Below are positions 62,668 to 64,000 of a DNA stretch of 64,000 nucleotides, piece by piece; the stretch's first letter is position 1, and the number at the start of each line of letters is the position of its first letter. The position numbers and the translations under genes were made by a program. Origin of the DNA: Candidatus Kaiserbacteria bacterium (GTDB taxonomy: Bacteria > Patescibacteriota > Minisyncoccia > Phycocordibacterales > UBA2100); NCBI GenBank assembly GCA_016217925.1, contig JACRFK010000004.1:46435-110434 (forward strand), written 5' to 3'. The notes under the pieces were generated by a model that was given only the letters and a program-made list of their open reading frames with translations, was not told the DNA's origin and ran no database searches.

Positions 62668-64000
62668 TGAAATTTACCGTCGCGGATTGCACACGAGCGG
62701 CCTGCTCCGCAGCACCCGCAACGACCTCGGCAGTACCCGGACCGCCCTCGCTCGCTGCGGCGAGGTCTTGCTTTGCTTTTTTAATGGCGAGGATCTGAGA
62801 AGGATCCGAGGTAATGATCTGGTCCTCAGTGTACGAAGCGATGACCTTGATCGCGACATGTTTGAGCCCCGCGAAGAAGATACCCTCCCCCACGTCACTC
62901 TCGAGAAGAAGGTATTTTTCTTCGTCGGAGAGTTTGAACGTCTGCTGCACGAGATCGACCGATGTCGGAGATTGGCGCAACAGCATTTGTATCGAAGAGT
63001 TGGTGATCATCGGAATGCCGTAGGGCGAGTTCAGGAAGTCGGAGACGTCTTGGGTAATCGTCGAGATGCCAAGGAAGTATTTGCGCCCGCGCTTCGCGAT
63101 GGAGAAAAGAAATGACGCGGTGTCTTCTGAGCGCATCATCCACCACGCTTCATCGATGACAAGCAGTCGCTTACGCAGCTCCTTGCGAACCGCGTTCCAA
63201 ATGTGGTGCGTGATGATGTACATCGCGACGGGCTTGAGATCGTCTTCCATGTCGCGCACGGAAAAGACGATAAGTTTCTTATTCATGTCGACGTTAGTCG
63301 GTCGGTTCATAAATCCGGCCCACGTGCCCTTCGTGTATTTTGATAGTCGTGCGACCAGCGATTCGCTACCCTCCATGCCGGAGAGCACGAGCTCGAAGTC
63401 GGAGAGGAGCGGCGGCTCTACAAGCGCGAAATTTGCATCGGCAGTGATGTCTTTAAGCGCATAGGTTTCTGTAATAGCACGGTCGATGACGGCATCTTCC
63501 TCCGGTGTAAGGCCGCCCAACATGATGCGGAAAAGGCCGACCAGTGTGATGATGTTGTTGCGCAGCACATCGGACGGATTCTCATCTTCACGCGGGATGG
63601 CGAGGTCGAATGGGTTGATGTGATGTTCCGATGAAAGTGAAATATTGAAATAGCGTCCGCCCACTGTCTCGGCGAGGTATTCGTACTCGCGTTCAGGGTC
63701 TATGACAATAACTTCCGTGTCGAACATAAGACTGCGGAGAATCTCGAGCTTGGTCGTGTACGATTTGCCAGCGCCGGACTTTGCGAAGGTCACGGAGTTA
63801 TAGTTCTCGAGCGAGAATCGATCGAAAAGAATGAGCGACGAGTTGTGGCGGTTGATGCCGTAGAGAATCCCCCTATCCGAAGTGAGGTCGAAGGAAATGA
63901 ATGGGAATATCGAAGAAAGCGGAGCCGAGTTGAGTTTCGTGTGCACGTTTATCTCATCGGTCGCGAGCGGAAGCACGCTTCGGAACCCTTGCTCTTGCTG
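62630..64000 (-). CDS. VirB4/TrbE/CagE-family type IV secretion ATPase, C-terminal part (gene continues beyond 3' edge)
   Basis: Walker A FAKSGAGKSYTTK, Walker B LLVIDEAWWMM, ..GRKYFLGISTITQDVSDF..; the frame stays open from 63976 to 64000. Confidence 0.8.
   Translation of the reverse strand, partial: QQEQGFRSVLPLATDEINVHTKLNSAPLSSIFPFISFDLTSDRGILYGINRHNSSLILFDRFSLENYNSVTFAKSGAGKSYTTKLEILRSLMFDTEVIVIDPEREYEYLAETVGGRYFNISLSSEHHINPFDLAIPREDENPSDVLRNNIITLVGLFRIMLGGLTPEEDAVIDRAITETYALKDITADANFALVEPPLLSDFELVLSGMEGSESLVARLSKYTKGTWAGFMNRPTNVDMNKKLIVFSVRDMEDDLKPVAMYIITHHIWNAVRKELRKRLLVIDEAWWMMRSEDTASFLFSIAKRGRKYFLGISTITQDVSDFLNSPYGIPMITNSSIQMLLRQSPTSVDLVQQTFKLSDEEKYLLLESDVGEGIFFAGLKHVAIKVIASYTEDQIITSDPSQILAIKKAKQDLAAASEGGPGTAEVVAGAAEQAARVQSATVNFNAPEVPATAPQQ

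Noticed and set aside
1-64000. CRISPR arrays, rRNA genes, integrases/transposases, toxin-antitoxin pairs
   Set aside because: Looked for regularly spaced short direct repeats, 16S/23S/5S signatures, and tyrosine/serine recombinase or DDE motifs. None found. The only mobile-type genes are the two LAGLIDADG ORFs.

Overview
64-kb, high-GC (~58%) bacterial chromosomal segment. Gene content and organisation look like a small-genome, Patescibacteria/CPR-like organism (inference from gene set, not a database hit). Core content, in order: a giant CARDB-like surface protein running off the 5' edge; GNAT, recO, ileS, argS; the rplK-nusG-secE block; tRNA-His next to a decayed GT2 glycosyltransferase remnant; PduO-type adenosyltransferase, a PEP-utilising enzyme and an HD hydrolase; tRNA-Leu with an abutting LAGLIDADG homing-endonuclease gene and rplS; tRNA-Arg/Val; pilMNO; ruvX; a riboflavin block (ribH, ribE, ribK plus an EamA transporter); thrC; tRNA-Ser followed by a type IV pilin; an island at 29-35 kb of two giant paralogous Gln/Cys-rich secreted proteins bracketing a second HTH-LAGLIDADG-like ORF that overlaps an antisense tRNA-Arg(GCG); rpsT, ruvA, tRNA-Lys, gdh; more Cys-rich secreted proteins; holA-like, polA; a Tat-signal protein, pilB, a CheY-like receiver; a candidate structured ncRNA; ruvB, yebC, a tiny zinc-ribbon ORF, ruvC, PBP1A; dnaN-dnaA (the oriC region), rpmH-rnpA-yidC-jag; and a T4SS-like module (VirB2-like, secreted proteins, partial VirB4) at the 3' edge. 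Patterns not tied to a single gene: (i) a family of 78-115-bp inverted-repeat elements with CCCGTTAGARGC arms, each ending exactly at a translation start; (ii) a recurrent GGnTACAAT -10-like box 6-11 nt upstream of start codons, which implies leaderless mRNAs; (iii) a ~360-bp near-identical DNA block shared by the two giant paralogs. No CRISPR array, rRNA or integrase was found. Hand-derived coordinates may be off by 1-2 nt.
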